Positions 1 through 9,466 of a stretch of DNA of 64,000 bases are shown here, one piece after another. The notes beneath the pieces were generated by a model. That model saw nothing but the letters and a program-made list of their open reading frames with translations. It was not told the DNA's origin and ran no database searches. This stretch comes from an uncultured OCS116 cluster bacterium (lineage in GTDB: Bacteria > Pseudomonadota > Alphaproteobacteria > Rhizobiales > TMED25): assembly GCA_902633855.1 (NCBI GenBank), contig CACPHU010000002.1:37339-101338 (forward strand), written 5' to 3'. Each line of letters opens with the position of its first letter. The first letter of the stretch is position 1. Position numbers and translations under genes: made by a program.

Positions 1-245
1 ACTTTTCCCATGTCTAATGCTTTTGCATCAATCCCTCTTTTTGTAATTTGAACCTTCAGTATTTCCTGTAATTGGGTAAGCTTATAATCATCATCGGTAA
101 TTATAGTTATTTGATCTTTCTCAAATTCAATTTGTGAATTTGAGTTCTTAAAATCGTAACGCTGGCTGATCTCACGCTTTAAATTTTGTATTGCGTTATC
201 AACTTCCGATGGATCAAATTTAGAGACTATATCAAAGGTTGGCAT
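1..245 (-). CDS. yajQ: YajQ/UPF0234 family nucleotide-binding protein, N-terminal part (gene runs off the left edge)
   Basis: Not in the ORF track because it is truncated. Manual reverse translation from the ATG at 245..243 gives MPTFDIVSKFDPSEVDNAIQNLKREISQRYDFKNSNSQIEFEK..., parallel to the E. coli YajQ N-terminus MPSFDIVSEVD...RFDFRN. Confidence 0.8.
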   Translation of the reverse strand, partial: MPTFDIVSKFDPSEVDNAIQNLKREISQRYDFKNSNSQIEFEKDQITIITDDDYKLTQLQEILKVQITKRGIDAKALDMGK

Positions 246-503
246 TTACACACTCGGTTGTTACTATATTTATGTATATAGTATTTATTATTGATAATGA
301 CAATAACTATTAGAATGACTTCTAATTTCTATTTTTTTCAACTACTTAAGATAGAATTTATCTAATTTTTTTGTTTATATCTGAGTGTTTTTAGTAAAAA
401 TTGCACAAAATTCTTGATAGCATTTCTATAAAAGATAACCTTATAGTGTGAATTACTAAAGTGATTCGTTTTTATTATTTGCAAATAAATTAGTGAGATT
501 AAC

Positions 504-1199
504 ATGAGAATACTTCTAATAGAGGATGATCAGACTACATCACACAGTATTGAACTGATGCTTAAATCAGAAAATTTTAAAGTTGATGTAACTGATTTAG
601 GGGAAGAAGGTATAGATCTTGGTAAGTTATATGATTACGATTTAATCTTGTTAGATATAGATCTTCCTGATATGAGTGGCTATGACGTTTTAAAAAACTT
701 GAGAACGCAAAAGATAGAGACTCCTGTTCTTATCTTAACTGGACACAGTGCTATGGAAAGTAAAGTTAAAGGTTTCGGTTTTGGCGCTGACGATTATCTC
801 ACAAAGCCATTTCAAAAAGAGGAGTTAGTTGCAAGAATTAGCGCAATTATTCGACGCTCTCGCGGTCATGCTCAATCAATAATTTCAACTGGGCGATTAG
901 ATGTAAACCTCGACTCAAAAACAGTCGAAGTTAGTGGAAAAAGAGTTCATCTCACAGGAAAAGAATATCAGATGCTCGAACTATTATCACTTCGAAAGGG
1001 GACCACTCTCACAAAAGAAATGTTTTTAAATCACCTTTATGGGGGCATGGATGAGCCAGAATTGAAGATAATCGACGTGTTCATATGTAAGCTCAGAAAA
1101 AAACTCATGCAAGCATCTGATGATGAAAACTACATAGAGACAGTATGGGGTAGAGGTTACGTTTTGCGGGATCCTACTGAGCTGCTCGAGTCAGCCTAA
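504..1199 (+). CDS. ctrA: Cell-cycle response regulator CtrA (OmpR family)
   Basis: 231 aa. Receiver domain (MRILLIEDD...[13 protein letters not shown]...TKPF) plus the winged-helix block [53 protein letters not shown]...[13 protein letters not shown], the near-invariant CtrA signature of Alphaproteobacteria. Confidence 0.93.
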   Translation: MRILLIEDDQTTSHSIELMLKSENFKVDVTDLGEEGIDLGKLYDYDLILLDIDLPDMSGYDVLKNLRTQKIETPVLILTGHSAMESKVKGFGFGADDYLTKPFQKEELVARISAIIRRSRGHAQSIISTGRLDVNLDSKTVEVSGKRVHLTGKEYQMLELLSLRKGTTLTKEMFLNHLYGGMDEPELKIIDVFICKLRKKLMQASDDENYIETVWGRGYVLRDPTELLESA

Positions 1200-1825
1200 T
1201 TTGCATTGCAAAAATTAATTGAAGTCACGTTGTCTTCGCCAGAAATTACTTCGTATTTTATCCCATAAATGCTTGTCAATTCATTTAAATATCTGACTTG
1301 AATATTTTTTATATTATCCGATCCTCGAACATGAAGATCTTCCAATATATCTGCGTTTATCTTCCCAGTTGGATTGTTAACTCGAATTATATAAGTGTCT
1401 GCGTCAATTAATTCATAATTTATTTCGGCACCCTGAGGAAATAGACTCTGAAGAACCATTATAGTATTGGCGAGCAGTATTGCATGCTTTTGATTCAACT
1501 GTTGAAGATCGTTGCTATATGTAATTTTGAGTCTTGTGAAACTTATATAATCATCAATTATGTTGTTAACGAAATTAATTGACACATTCTCATTTTTTGC
1601 ACTTGTTGGATTAGAATAGCAAAAACGAAAGAATGTAATCTGTGCTGTTATTTTTTTAATACTCATATCAAGAAGTTGGAAAGTCTCATCCTCCTGTATT
1701 TGAGCATCAGTGTTAGCTAAATTATATTTTAGTAATTCCATTCCATTTAAAGCAGCTGATGCAGGATTTATGAGATCATGAAAGATCTTTCTACTGAGCA
1801 GTGAAAATAAGTCTAAATTTGACAT
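1196..1825 (-). CDS. chpT: Histidine phosphotransferase ChpT
   Basis: 209 aa. The N-terminal H-box [17 protein letters not shown] parallels Caulobacter ChpT CHDFISPASAIVSGLDLL, and ITFFRFCYS parallels LQFTRVAFG. The C-terminal half is a degenerate HATPase-like domain. Lies tail-to-tail with ctrA. Confidence 0.75.
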   Translation of the reverse strand: MSNLDLFSLLSRKIFHDLINPASAALNGMELLKYNLANTDAQIQEDETFQLLDMSIKKITAQITFFRFCYSNPTSAKNENVSINFVNNIIDDYISFTRLKITYSNDLQQLNQKHAILLANTIMVLQSLFPQGAEINYELIDADTYIIRVNNPTGKINADILEDLHVRGSDNIKNIQVRYLNELTSIYGIKYEVISGEDNVTSINFCNAN

Positions 1826-1913
1826 TTTTAAATTGAATCTATATGCAAATATACATAGTTAATTAATATTCAGATTATACATAGTCTATTAAAATATTAG
1901 TATAAAAAATTAA

Positions 1914-2732
1914 TTGCTACCCAACGTTATGAAAAATAGTAATCAAAACTTACATAAAAAATTGGCTCACGAGCTCATAAATATATCAAAAAAGTCTGCA
2001 TTGGAAATCATGAAGATATACGACACAAATTTTGAAATAGACTACAAAAAGGATAATTCCCCCGTAACTGAGGCAGACAGGATTTCTGAAGATATAATTT
2101 TGCATGAAATATCAAAGATTGAACCCGGTGTAGATTTAATTTCAGAAGAAAAATACTTTGAAGAAAAAAATAAAATCAAATCAAATTGTTTTTTTTTGAT
2201 TGATCCTATTGATGGGACACGCGAATTCATCAAGAAAAATGGTGAGTTCACAATAAATATTGCATTAGTTGAGAACAATAAACCTGTCCTCGGTATCATA
2301 AACGCACCTGCATTCAATGATATTTATTTCTCTTATAATAATCTAAAATCCTATAAATTATCAAACAACAATGATGCTATTGAAATAAGAACAAGACAAC
2401 ATGCGAAAACCGAGGTCATGTTGCACAGTAGATCAATTCCATCAAAAAAAATGCAGGGTATTATAGACCAATACGGTATTAATCAAATAAAGCCCTGTGG
2501 TTCAGCCCTCAAATTTGGTTTGTTGGCAGAAGGTTTGGCAGACCTATATATCAGGCTTGAGCCATGTTATGAATGGGACACGGCGGCAGGGCAGGTAATT
2601 TTGGAAGGCGCTGGTGGGGCATTCTTTGATATTGATCTTAATGAATTTGATTACAATAAGCCGAATTTCTTAAATAGTGATGGGTTTGTGTCACTGGCAA
2701 ATACAAGGCAAAAAGAGTGCTTATTGAAATAA
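1914..2732 (+). CDS. cysQ: CysQ-like 3'(2'),5'-bisphosphate nucleotidase (inositol monophosphatase superfamily)
   Basis: 272 aa from TTG 1914, with an alternative ATG at 1929. Intact IMPase motifs PVTEADR, LISEE, FLIDPIDGTREF and WDTAAG. The CysQ subfamily assignment from length and motif spacing is tentative. Confidence 0.72.
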   Translation: MLPNVMKNSNQNLHKKLAHELINISKKSALEIMKIYDTNFEIDYKKDNSPVTEADRISEDIILHEISKIEPGVDLISEEKYFEEKNKIKSNCFFLIDPIDGTREFIKKNGEFTINIALVENNKPVLGIINAPAFNDIYFSYNNLKSYKLSNNNDAIEIRTRQHAKTEVMLHSRSIPSKKMQGIIDQYGINQIKPCGSALKFGLLAEGLADLYIRLEPCYEWDTAAGQVILEGAGGAFFDIDLNEFDYNKPNFLNSDGFVSLANTRQKECLLK

Positions 2733-2794
2733 ATTTGTAATTTTTTTCTTTTACTTATTACGGATTATTGTAAAATATCAATAGATCTAAATTC

Positions 2795-3406
2795 ATGGGT
2801 GGCAAGATGAGAAATATTAGAAAAAATATATTAGTTTTACTGTTTGGTATTATTTTTGTTACATTCACCACATTTAATACAAATGCTGAATGGTATGATG
2901 AGCCAAATTCATCAGATAATTCTGATGGTTTCAAAGTTGGTGAACTTGTTCTTGCAGGGCACGATTTTTTTGGTACGGCGACAGAAGGACTGGGCACGGC
3001 TGTTGAAGCCTTATTTTCTGCATTTGGGAGGCCTGACGGTTATATAATTGGCGAGGAAGCAAGCGGAGCTATCATAGCTGGACTCACATATGGCGAAGGT
3101 ACCATAACGACAAAAAATCTTGGGGAAGAGAAAATATATTGGCAAGGACCAAGCATTGGAATGGATTACGGTGGGGATGGGTCTCGAGTTATGTTTCTTA
3201 TCTACAACATGGATAATATGAGTGATGTACATAGGAGGTTCCTTGGAACAAATGGGACAGCTTATGTAGTTGGCGGTCTTGGTGGAAGTGTCTATAACAG
3301 GGGTGGCGTTACAATTGCGACAATTAAAACAGGTGCCGGTCTCAGAATGGGCGCAAACGTCGGATACATCAAATTCTCTGAAAATCCAAAGTGGCTTCCT
3401 TTTTAG
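2795..3406 (+). CDS. DUF1134 family periplasmic protein (EipA-like envelope integrity protein)
   Basis: 203 aa with a signal peptide (ILVLLFGIIFVTFTTFNTNA). The Gly-rich core GYIIGEEASGAIIAGLTYGEGT...YWQGPSIGMDYGGDGSRVMFLIYN...GTAYVVGGLG...GANVGYIKFSENPKWLPF fits the DUF1134 pattern as I remember it. Synteny with ctrA-chpT supports the call. Confidence 0.65.
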   Translation: MGGKMRNIRKNILVLLFGIIFVTFTTFNTNAEWYDEPNSSDNSDGFKVGELVLAGHDFFGTATEGLGTAVEALFSAFGRPDGYIIGEEASGAIIAGLTYGEGTITTKNLGEEKIYWQGPSIGMDYGGDGSRVMFLIYNMDNMSDVHRRFLGTNGTAYVVGGLGGSVYNRGGVTIATIKTGAGLRMGANVGYIKFSENPKWLPF

Positions 3407-3421
3407 ATACATTTTAGATAA

Positions 3422-4171
3422 ATGATAGATGCGTTTTTCTCACAAATAGCCTTTTCGGAGGTTTTATTAGCCTTTTTCATTGTGTATATTGCGTCAAGCG
3501 CACAAAGTCTTTTTGGAATGGGATGGGGGATGATAGCGGCCCCTTTTCTGGCTTTACTTGATCCATATCTAATTCCATCTACTATTGTTTTTCTTGGTTT
3601 TTTTGCTGCACTCTTTCCAAGCATCAGATATTTTAAAGATATTCAATGGAAAATATTTAGGCCATCGATTAGCGGACGTATATTTGGCTCTATTTTAGCT
3701 GGATGGATAGCGGCATATATTGTCGCATCAGGTAAAATTGAAATAATTATTGGATTAGTATTATTGGTATCAATTCTAGTCAGCGCTGTAACAGTAAAAA
3801 GAATTTCCCAAAACTCACGTAATCATTTCTTCGCGGGAACAGCCTCCGGAATTCTCGGTACAATAGTCGGCGTTGGGGGCGCACCGATGGGAATAATATA
3901 CCAAAACGAAAATCCATCTATTGTTAGGGCAAATAATAATTTATTTTTTACAATAGGAAGTTTAGTTTCTTTTATAATACTGATCTCGGTTGGTGTGATA
4001 AAAGAATATCATATCATTTATGGTTTTTTAATGCTGCCACCCCTCTTTTTTGCATCTTACACATCTAAATTTTTATTAGCTTATACGAGCAAAATATTGA
4101 AGCCATATATTTTATCAATATGCTCTATTTCTTCACTATTGCTAGTTATGAGAGGTCTAGATTTAATCTAG
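3422..4171 (+). CDS. TSUP (TauE/SafE) family anion exporter-like membrane protein
   Basis: 249 aa, about 7-8 TM segments, with Gly-rich helix motifs (GMGWGMIAAPFL, GVGGAPMGIIY) typical of the TauE/SafE family. Confidence 0.72.
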   Translation: MIDAFFSQIAFSEVLLAFFIVYIASSAQSLFGMGWGMIAAPFLALLDPYLIPSTIVFLGFFAALFPSIRYFKDIQWKIFRPSISGRIFGSILAGWIAAYIVASGKIEIIIGLVLLVSILVSAVTVKRISQNSRNHFFAGTASGILGTIVGVGGAPMGIIYQNENPSIVRANNNLFFTIGSLVSFIILISVGVIKEYHIIYGFLMLPPLFFASYTSKFLLAYTSKILKPYILSICSISSLLLVMRGLDLI

Positions 4172-4172
4172 A

Positions 4173-4502
4173 TTATTTTTCAAATCTTATCGTTGAGATA
4201 ATTTTATTTGTTTTTTTGTCAATATTATAAATAATATAACTCCCGGATACATCACTCGTTGTAATTATTAAACTTTTACCGTCACTAGTAACAGATATGA
4301 CATCTTGACTTGGTTCAATAGCAATCTTATTATCTAATAGGCTAACTTCTTCATTGTTTAATGTGTTATTTGATAATCGATGCCCAATTGTTATAAAAAC
4401 AACACAAAAACCAATAATGAGTAACAATGTCATAATGAATATGGCAATCTTGAGCACCCTTGTGGATTTTATATTTTGATCAATATTTTCGATCTCTTCC
4501 AT
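4173..4502 (-). CDS. Hypothetical single-pass membrane protein
   Basis: 109 aa. One TM segment (VLKIAIFIMTLLLIIGFCVVFITIG) followed by a short beta-rich extracytoplasmic domain. I recognise no family with confidence. Confidence 0.5.
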   Translation of the reverse strand: MEEIENIDQNIKSTRVLKIAIFIMTLLLIIGFCVVFITIGHRLSNNTLNNEEVSLLDNKIAIEPSQDVISVTSDGKSLIITTSDVSGSYIIYNIDKKTNKIISTIRFEK

Positions 4503-4513
4503 GGCTAAAGTTA

Positions 4514-5515
4514 ATGGTAAATAATAAATTACTTAATCTTATAACAAATAAAACTGATGGCGGCAAAAGAATAGATCAATTCATCAGCCAAAATTCAGAA
4601 TTAAGTCGACAAAGAATTTCAAATCTAATTACAAATGGGTATATTTTTTTAAATGATGAAGTTGTAACCTTAAAGAAAATTAAACTTACTGGAGATAACG
4701 AAAAAATTAAAATTATACTTCCGGAACCAATTGAAGAGACCCTTGAACCGGAGAATATCCCATTAAATGTTATATATGAAGACGATCATATATTAGTTAT
4801 TGATAAGCAATCAGATCTTGTCGTCCATCCTGGCGCTGGTAACAAAACTGGAACACTTGTTAATGCAATACTGCATCATTGTGGTAGTTCACTCTCAGGT
4901 ATCGGTGGGCAAAAAAGACCAGGAATTGTTCATCGATTAGATAAAAATACAAGTGGGCTCATGATTATAGCAAAAAATGATTTGGCGCATAATAATCTAT
5001 CAAGACAATTTATGGATCACGGAAAAAGTGGTGACCTTGAGAGAATTTACGATGCCTTAGTTTGGGGTGTGCCAAAAACGAGATCAGGTAAAATCGAAAC
5101 TAAAATCACAAGAAATGATCGTGATAAAACAAAAATGATGGTAACTAAAAATACTAAAAATGGGAAGCTAGCAATAACTACCTACAAGGTGATAGAGAAA
5201 GTATATAATCACAAAAATGATCCTTTAATCTCACAGATACGTTGTAAGTTATATACGGGTAGAACACATCAAATACGAGTGCACTTAGAACATATCGGGC
5301 ACCCAGTTATTTGTGACCAAAAATACGGTAAAGGATACAATACCAAGTTGAAGCTACTTAGTGATGAACATCGAAAGCAACTTAAAATTGATCGACACGC
5401 ATTACATTCTTCAAAGTTATCCTTTAAACATCCCATAAGTGATGAACTTATGAAGTTTGAGTCGAAATTGCCTGATGATTTAAATATGTTAAAAAATGTA
5501 TTGTCAGAAATATAA
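4514..5515 (+). CDS. rluD: 23S rRNA pseudouridine synthase, RluD/RluA family
   Basis: S4-like N-terminus, then the catalytic core HRLDKNTSGLMIIAKN and GRTHQIRVHL. I prefer ATG 4514 (MVNNKLLNL...) over the track's TTG 4460, which would overlap the divergent gene at 4173..4502. Confidence 0.85.
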   Translation: MVNNKLLNLITNKTDGGKRIDQFISQNSELSRQRISNLITNGYIFLNDEVVTLKKIKLTGDNEKIKIILPEPIEETLEPENIPLNVIYEDDHILVIDKQSDLVVHPGAGNKTGTLVNAILHHCGSSLSGIGGQKRPGIVHRLDKNTSGLMIIAKNDLAHNNLSRQFMDHGKSGDLERIYDALVWGVPKTRSGKIETKITRNDRDKTKMMVTKNTKNGKLAITTYKVIEKVYNHKNDPLISQIRCKLYTGRTHQIRVHLEHIGHPVICDQKYGKGYNTKLKLLSDEHRKQLKIDRHALHSSKLSFKHPISDELMKFESKLPDDLNMLKNVLSEI

Positions 5516-5574
5516 ATTAGTAGTATTTTATTGTGTTCACTCAAATTTTGATTAAAAACAAGGATACATATTAA

Positions 5575-6429
5575 ATGTATGGTTCAATACCAATTATTGC
5601 TAGTGAAGACAGTCTGGGACTGTACCTAAAAGAAATAAAAAAATTTCCTCTTCTTACTCTTGAGGAAGAGAAAAACCTATCTAAGAGCCTCAATGCTGAT
5701 GGTGATACTGATGCTGCACACAGGCTTGTAACTAGTCATTTGAGACTAGTCGCTAAAATCTCAATGGGTTATAAAGGCTACGGCTTGCCATTGAGCGATA
5801 TTATCGCTGAAGGAAATATCGGTTTGATGCAGGCAGTAAAAAGATTTGATCCCGATAGAGGGTTCAGGCTTGCAACATATGCTATATGGTGGATTAAAGC
5901 AGCAATTCAAGAATACGTACTGCGCTCATGGAGTCTTGTAAAAATGGGTACGACCGCGAACCAAAAGAAACTATTCTTCAACTTAAGAAAAATCAAAAAT
6001 AACATTCATGCCCTGGAAGAAGGCGATTTAAAACCTGAACAAATCGCACATATTGCGGAGAACCTTGGCGTGACAGAAACCGATGTTGTTGACATGAATA
6101 GAAGGTTAGGCGGTGACTCATCTTTGAACACGCAAATATCAGACGAAGGTGACGGCCAGTGGCAAGATTTTCTCGTTGATGAAAGTCAAAACCAAGAAAC
6201 TTCTCTTGTAGTCAGTGATGAGATGGATAAAAGAAGAAAACAATTATACGACTCACTAAGCTGTCTGAACGAAAGAGAGAAATCAATCTTCATCTCCAGA
6301 AGAATAGATGAAGACTCAAAAACATTAGAAGAACTCAGCCAAAGATTTGGAATCAGCAGGGAAAGAGTACGTCAGATCGAAAGTAAGGCCTTTGAAAAAG
6401 TCAAAAGTTTCATAAGTCGAACCAATTAA
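5575..6429 (+). CDS. rpoH: RNA polymerase sigma-32 (heat-shock sigma factor RpoH)
   Basis: 284 aa sigma-70 family protein with the RpoH box QEYVLRSWSLVKMGTTANQKKLFFNLRK and region 4.2 LEELSQRFGISRERVRQIESKA. Confidence 0.9.
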   Translation: MYGSIPIIASEDSLGLYLKEIKKFPLLTLEEEKNLSKSLNADGDTDAAHRLVTSHLRLVAKISMGYKGYGLPLSDIIAEGNIGLMQAVKRFDPDRGFRLATYAIWWIKAAIQEYVLRSWSLVKMGTTANQKKLFFNLRKIKNNIHALEEGDLKPEQIAHIAENLGVTETDVVDMNRRLGGDSSLNTQISDEGDGQWQDFLVDESQNQETSLVVSDEMDKRRKQLYDSLSCLNEREKSIFISRRIDEDSKTLEELSQRFGISRERVRQIESKAFEKVKSFISRTN

Positions 6430-7628
6430 ACTGATTTCGAGCCTCTGAAGGTCATAAGACCTGTCAATAGTATCATACATATTGCAATTACAATTACTTG
6501 GCTTTCAATGCTGATATCTCGATCGATAAGATAACCCATAAATCCGGGCGATAAGGCTGTGGATGCTATAACACCAGAGGTTACAACTGATTTTATCTCG
6601 CCTAAATATTTTGTTCCATAAAGTTCGGCCCAAAGGGAGCCTGCAATAGATGTAGCAAAACCAGAGGTGATACCTGCAAACATCATGAATATTACCATTG
6701 TAGACTCACTTTTTCCATATGCTAGACAGATGCAGCCTATAACAAGAGGTAGTAGGAAAAATTTTGTTAGGTCTTTAGCGCTCCATTTATCGACAGCCCA
6801 GCCAGATATTAGTACAAAAATCATCAGTAGTATTGAAAATACCGGCATTGTGAAGGCGTATATTTCAATAGACCAATCCTTTATGGTCATCAAATGATAA
6901 GAATGAAAAAATATACCAGTCAACACGAATGGGGGCGCTAATACAGCAGCTAAAATTAAATAAAAATAGCCACTATTTAGCACATCCTTCCTACGATATT
7001 GAATCTTTGAGTTTTTATTTTTATCAGATGTATTTTCAATGTCAGGCTCATAGACTTCTCTGTCTTTTAAAAGATAGAAAACATATGGGGCAAGAATAAA
7101 TAATATAAAGACCCCGGTAATAATCCACGCTTGCCTCCAACCGTAAAAAGCAATTAGTAACAATGCTGTTAATGGCATTACCATCTCCCCAAAAGCCCTC
7201 CCTATTACCGTCACGGCAACAGCCTTGCCTCTCATAGTTGTAAAAGTCTTTGCAATAAAAGTTGATGAAATGTGCGTTGACATTCCCTGCCCCGTTATCC
7301 TGAGAAGATAAAATACAATCAACAAAAAAATAGCAGAATTAATTAATGAGAATGCGATTGATGAAAGGCCTAAAAAGATAAGTATTACAAAAGATAAATA
7401 TCGTACCTTTATATAATCTACCATTTTACCAGTGTAGAGCATCGTAATCGCACTCATCAAGGTTGCGATAGTATACAATCCACCATACAAACCATGTGAT
7501 AATGTAAGTTCTTCTCTAATATTTCCAGCATATAATGCAAAATAAAATGTCTGTCCTATGCTTGCGGCGAATGTGAGAAAAAAACCTGCCTGTAAATAAT
7601 TGTGATTCTTCCTAAAAAATTCAATCAT
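6426..7628 (-). CDS. MFS transporter, substrate unknown
   Basis: 400 aa, about 12 hydrophobic segments in a two-halves arrangement. No substrate can be assigned. Confidence 0.72.
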   Translation of the reverse strand: MIEFFRKNHNYLQAGFFLTFAASIGQTFYFALYAGNIREELTLSHGLYGGLYTIATLMSAITMLYTGKMVDYIKVRYLSFVILIFLGLSSIAFSLINSAIFLLIVFYLLRITGQGMSTHISSTFIAKTFTTMRGKAVAVTVIGRAFGEMVMPLTALLLIAFYGWRQAWIITGVFILFILAPYVFYLLKDREVYEPDIENTSDKNKNSKIQYRRKDVLNSGYFYLILAAVLAPPFVLTGIFFHSYHLMTIKDWSIEIYAFTMPVFSILLMIFVLISGWAVDKWSAKDLTKFFLLPLVIGCICLAYGKSESTMVIFMMFAGITSGFATSIAGSLWAELYGTKYLGEIKSVVTSGVIASTALSPGFMGYLIDRDISIESQVIVIAICMILLTGLMTFRGSKSV

Positions 7629-7634
7629 AATTAT

Positions 7635-8144
7635 CTACTCTTTCAAGAATGGTACCATTGACGACCAAACTCCGTCTCGTTTAATCCTATGAAATAATGC
7701 TGCGGAAATATGAATTCCTATTAAAATATAGATCAAATCTATCGATATTTCATGAAGTGTTACAACTGACTCAATTATAAGTCCATCTTGAAGACCAAAC
7801 CAGAATAACAAACCAATTAGCATACCAGATAAGGGAATAGCAGCCAGTGTAAAATACATCCCATAATGTACTGTTTTCGCTGCAATTTTTTGTAATTTTG
7901 GAGTATGTTCAGGCAGTGAAGTCTTTTGGGTTCTTTTCATATAAATAAATCTCACAAGAAGCAATATGACGAACACGGATGCAAAGAGAACTTCAAACCT
8001 TAGTAGGGAAGGATTTTCTAGCTGTTCGATATCCTGAACTTGTTTAATGAGTCCATATATAAACAAAATAACAAATCCCCAGTGAAAAAATTTTGCTATA
8101 TAGCTATAGTCCCTTTTTTCTGTTAAATCTTCCATATTATTCAT
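7635..8144 (-). CDS. Cytochrome b561 family membrane protein
   Basis: 169 aa, four TM segments with conserved His positions (FFHWG, VHYGMY, LHEISI, IHISAALFH), as in prokaryotic cytochrome b561. Confidence 0.62.
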   Translation of the reverse strand: MNNMEDLTEKRDYSYIAKFFHWGFVILFIYGLIKQVQDIEQLENPSLLRFEVLFASVFVILLLVRFIYMKRTQKTSLPEHTPKLQKIAAKTVHYGMYFTLAAIPLSGMLIGLLFWFGLQDGLIIESVVTLHEISIDLIYILIGIHISAALFHRIKRDGVWSSMVPFLKE

Positions 8145-8167
8145 ATCCTTTACTTTAATTTTACAGC

Positions 8168-9466
<1,299 letters not shown>

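Noticed and set aside
346-360. Near-CtrA box TTAAgatagaaTTTA upstream of ctrA, considered as possible autoregulation. A GANTC (GATTC) also lies at 463..467.
   Set aside because: One half-site is imperfect, and the motif is easily produced by chance in this composition. I recorded it only as a weak candidate.
4460-4513. N-terminal extensions proposed by the ORF track for rluD (TTG 4460), tolB (19947), pepF (49415), hsp20 (60413) and rpsU (41976).
   Set aside because: In each case a downstream start gives the conserved family N-terminus, has a better SD, and removes overlap with a neighbouring gene.
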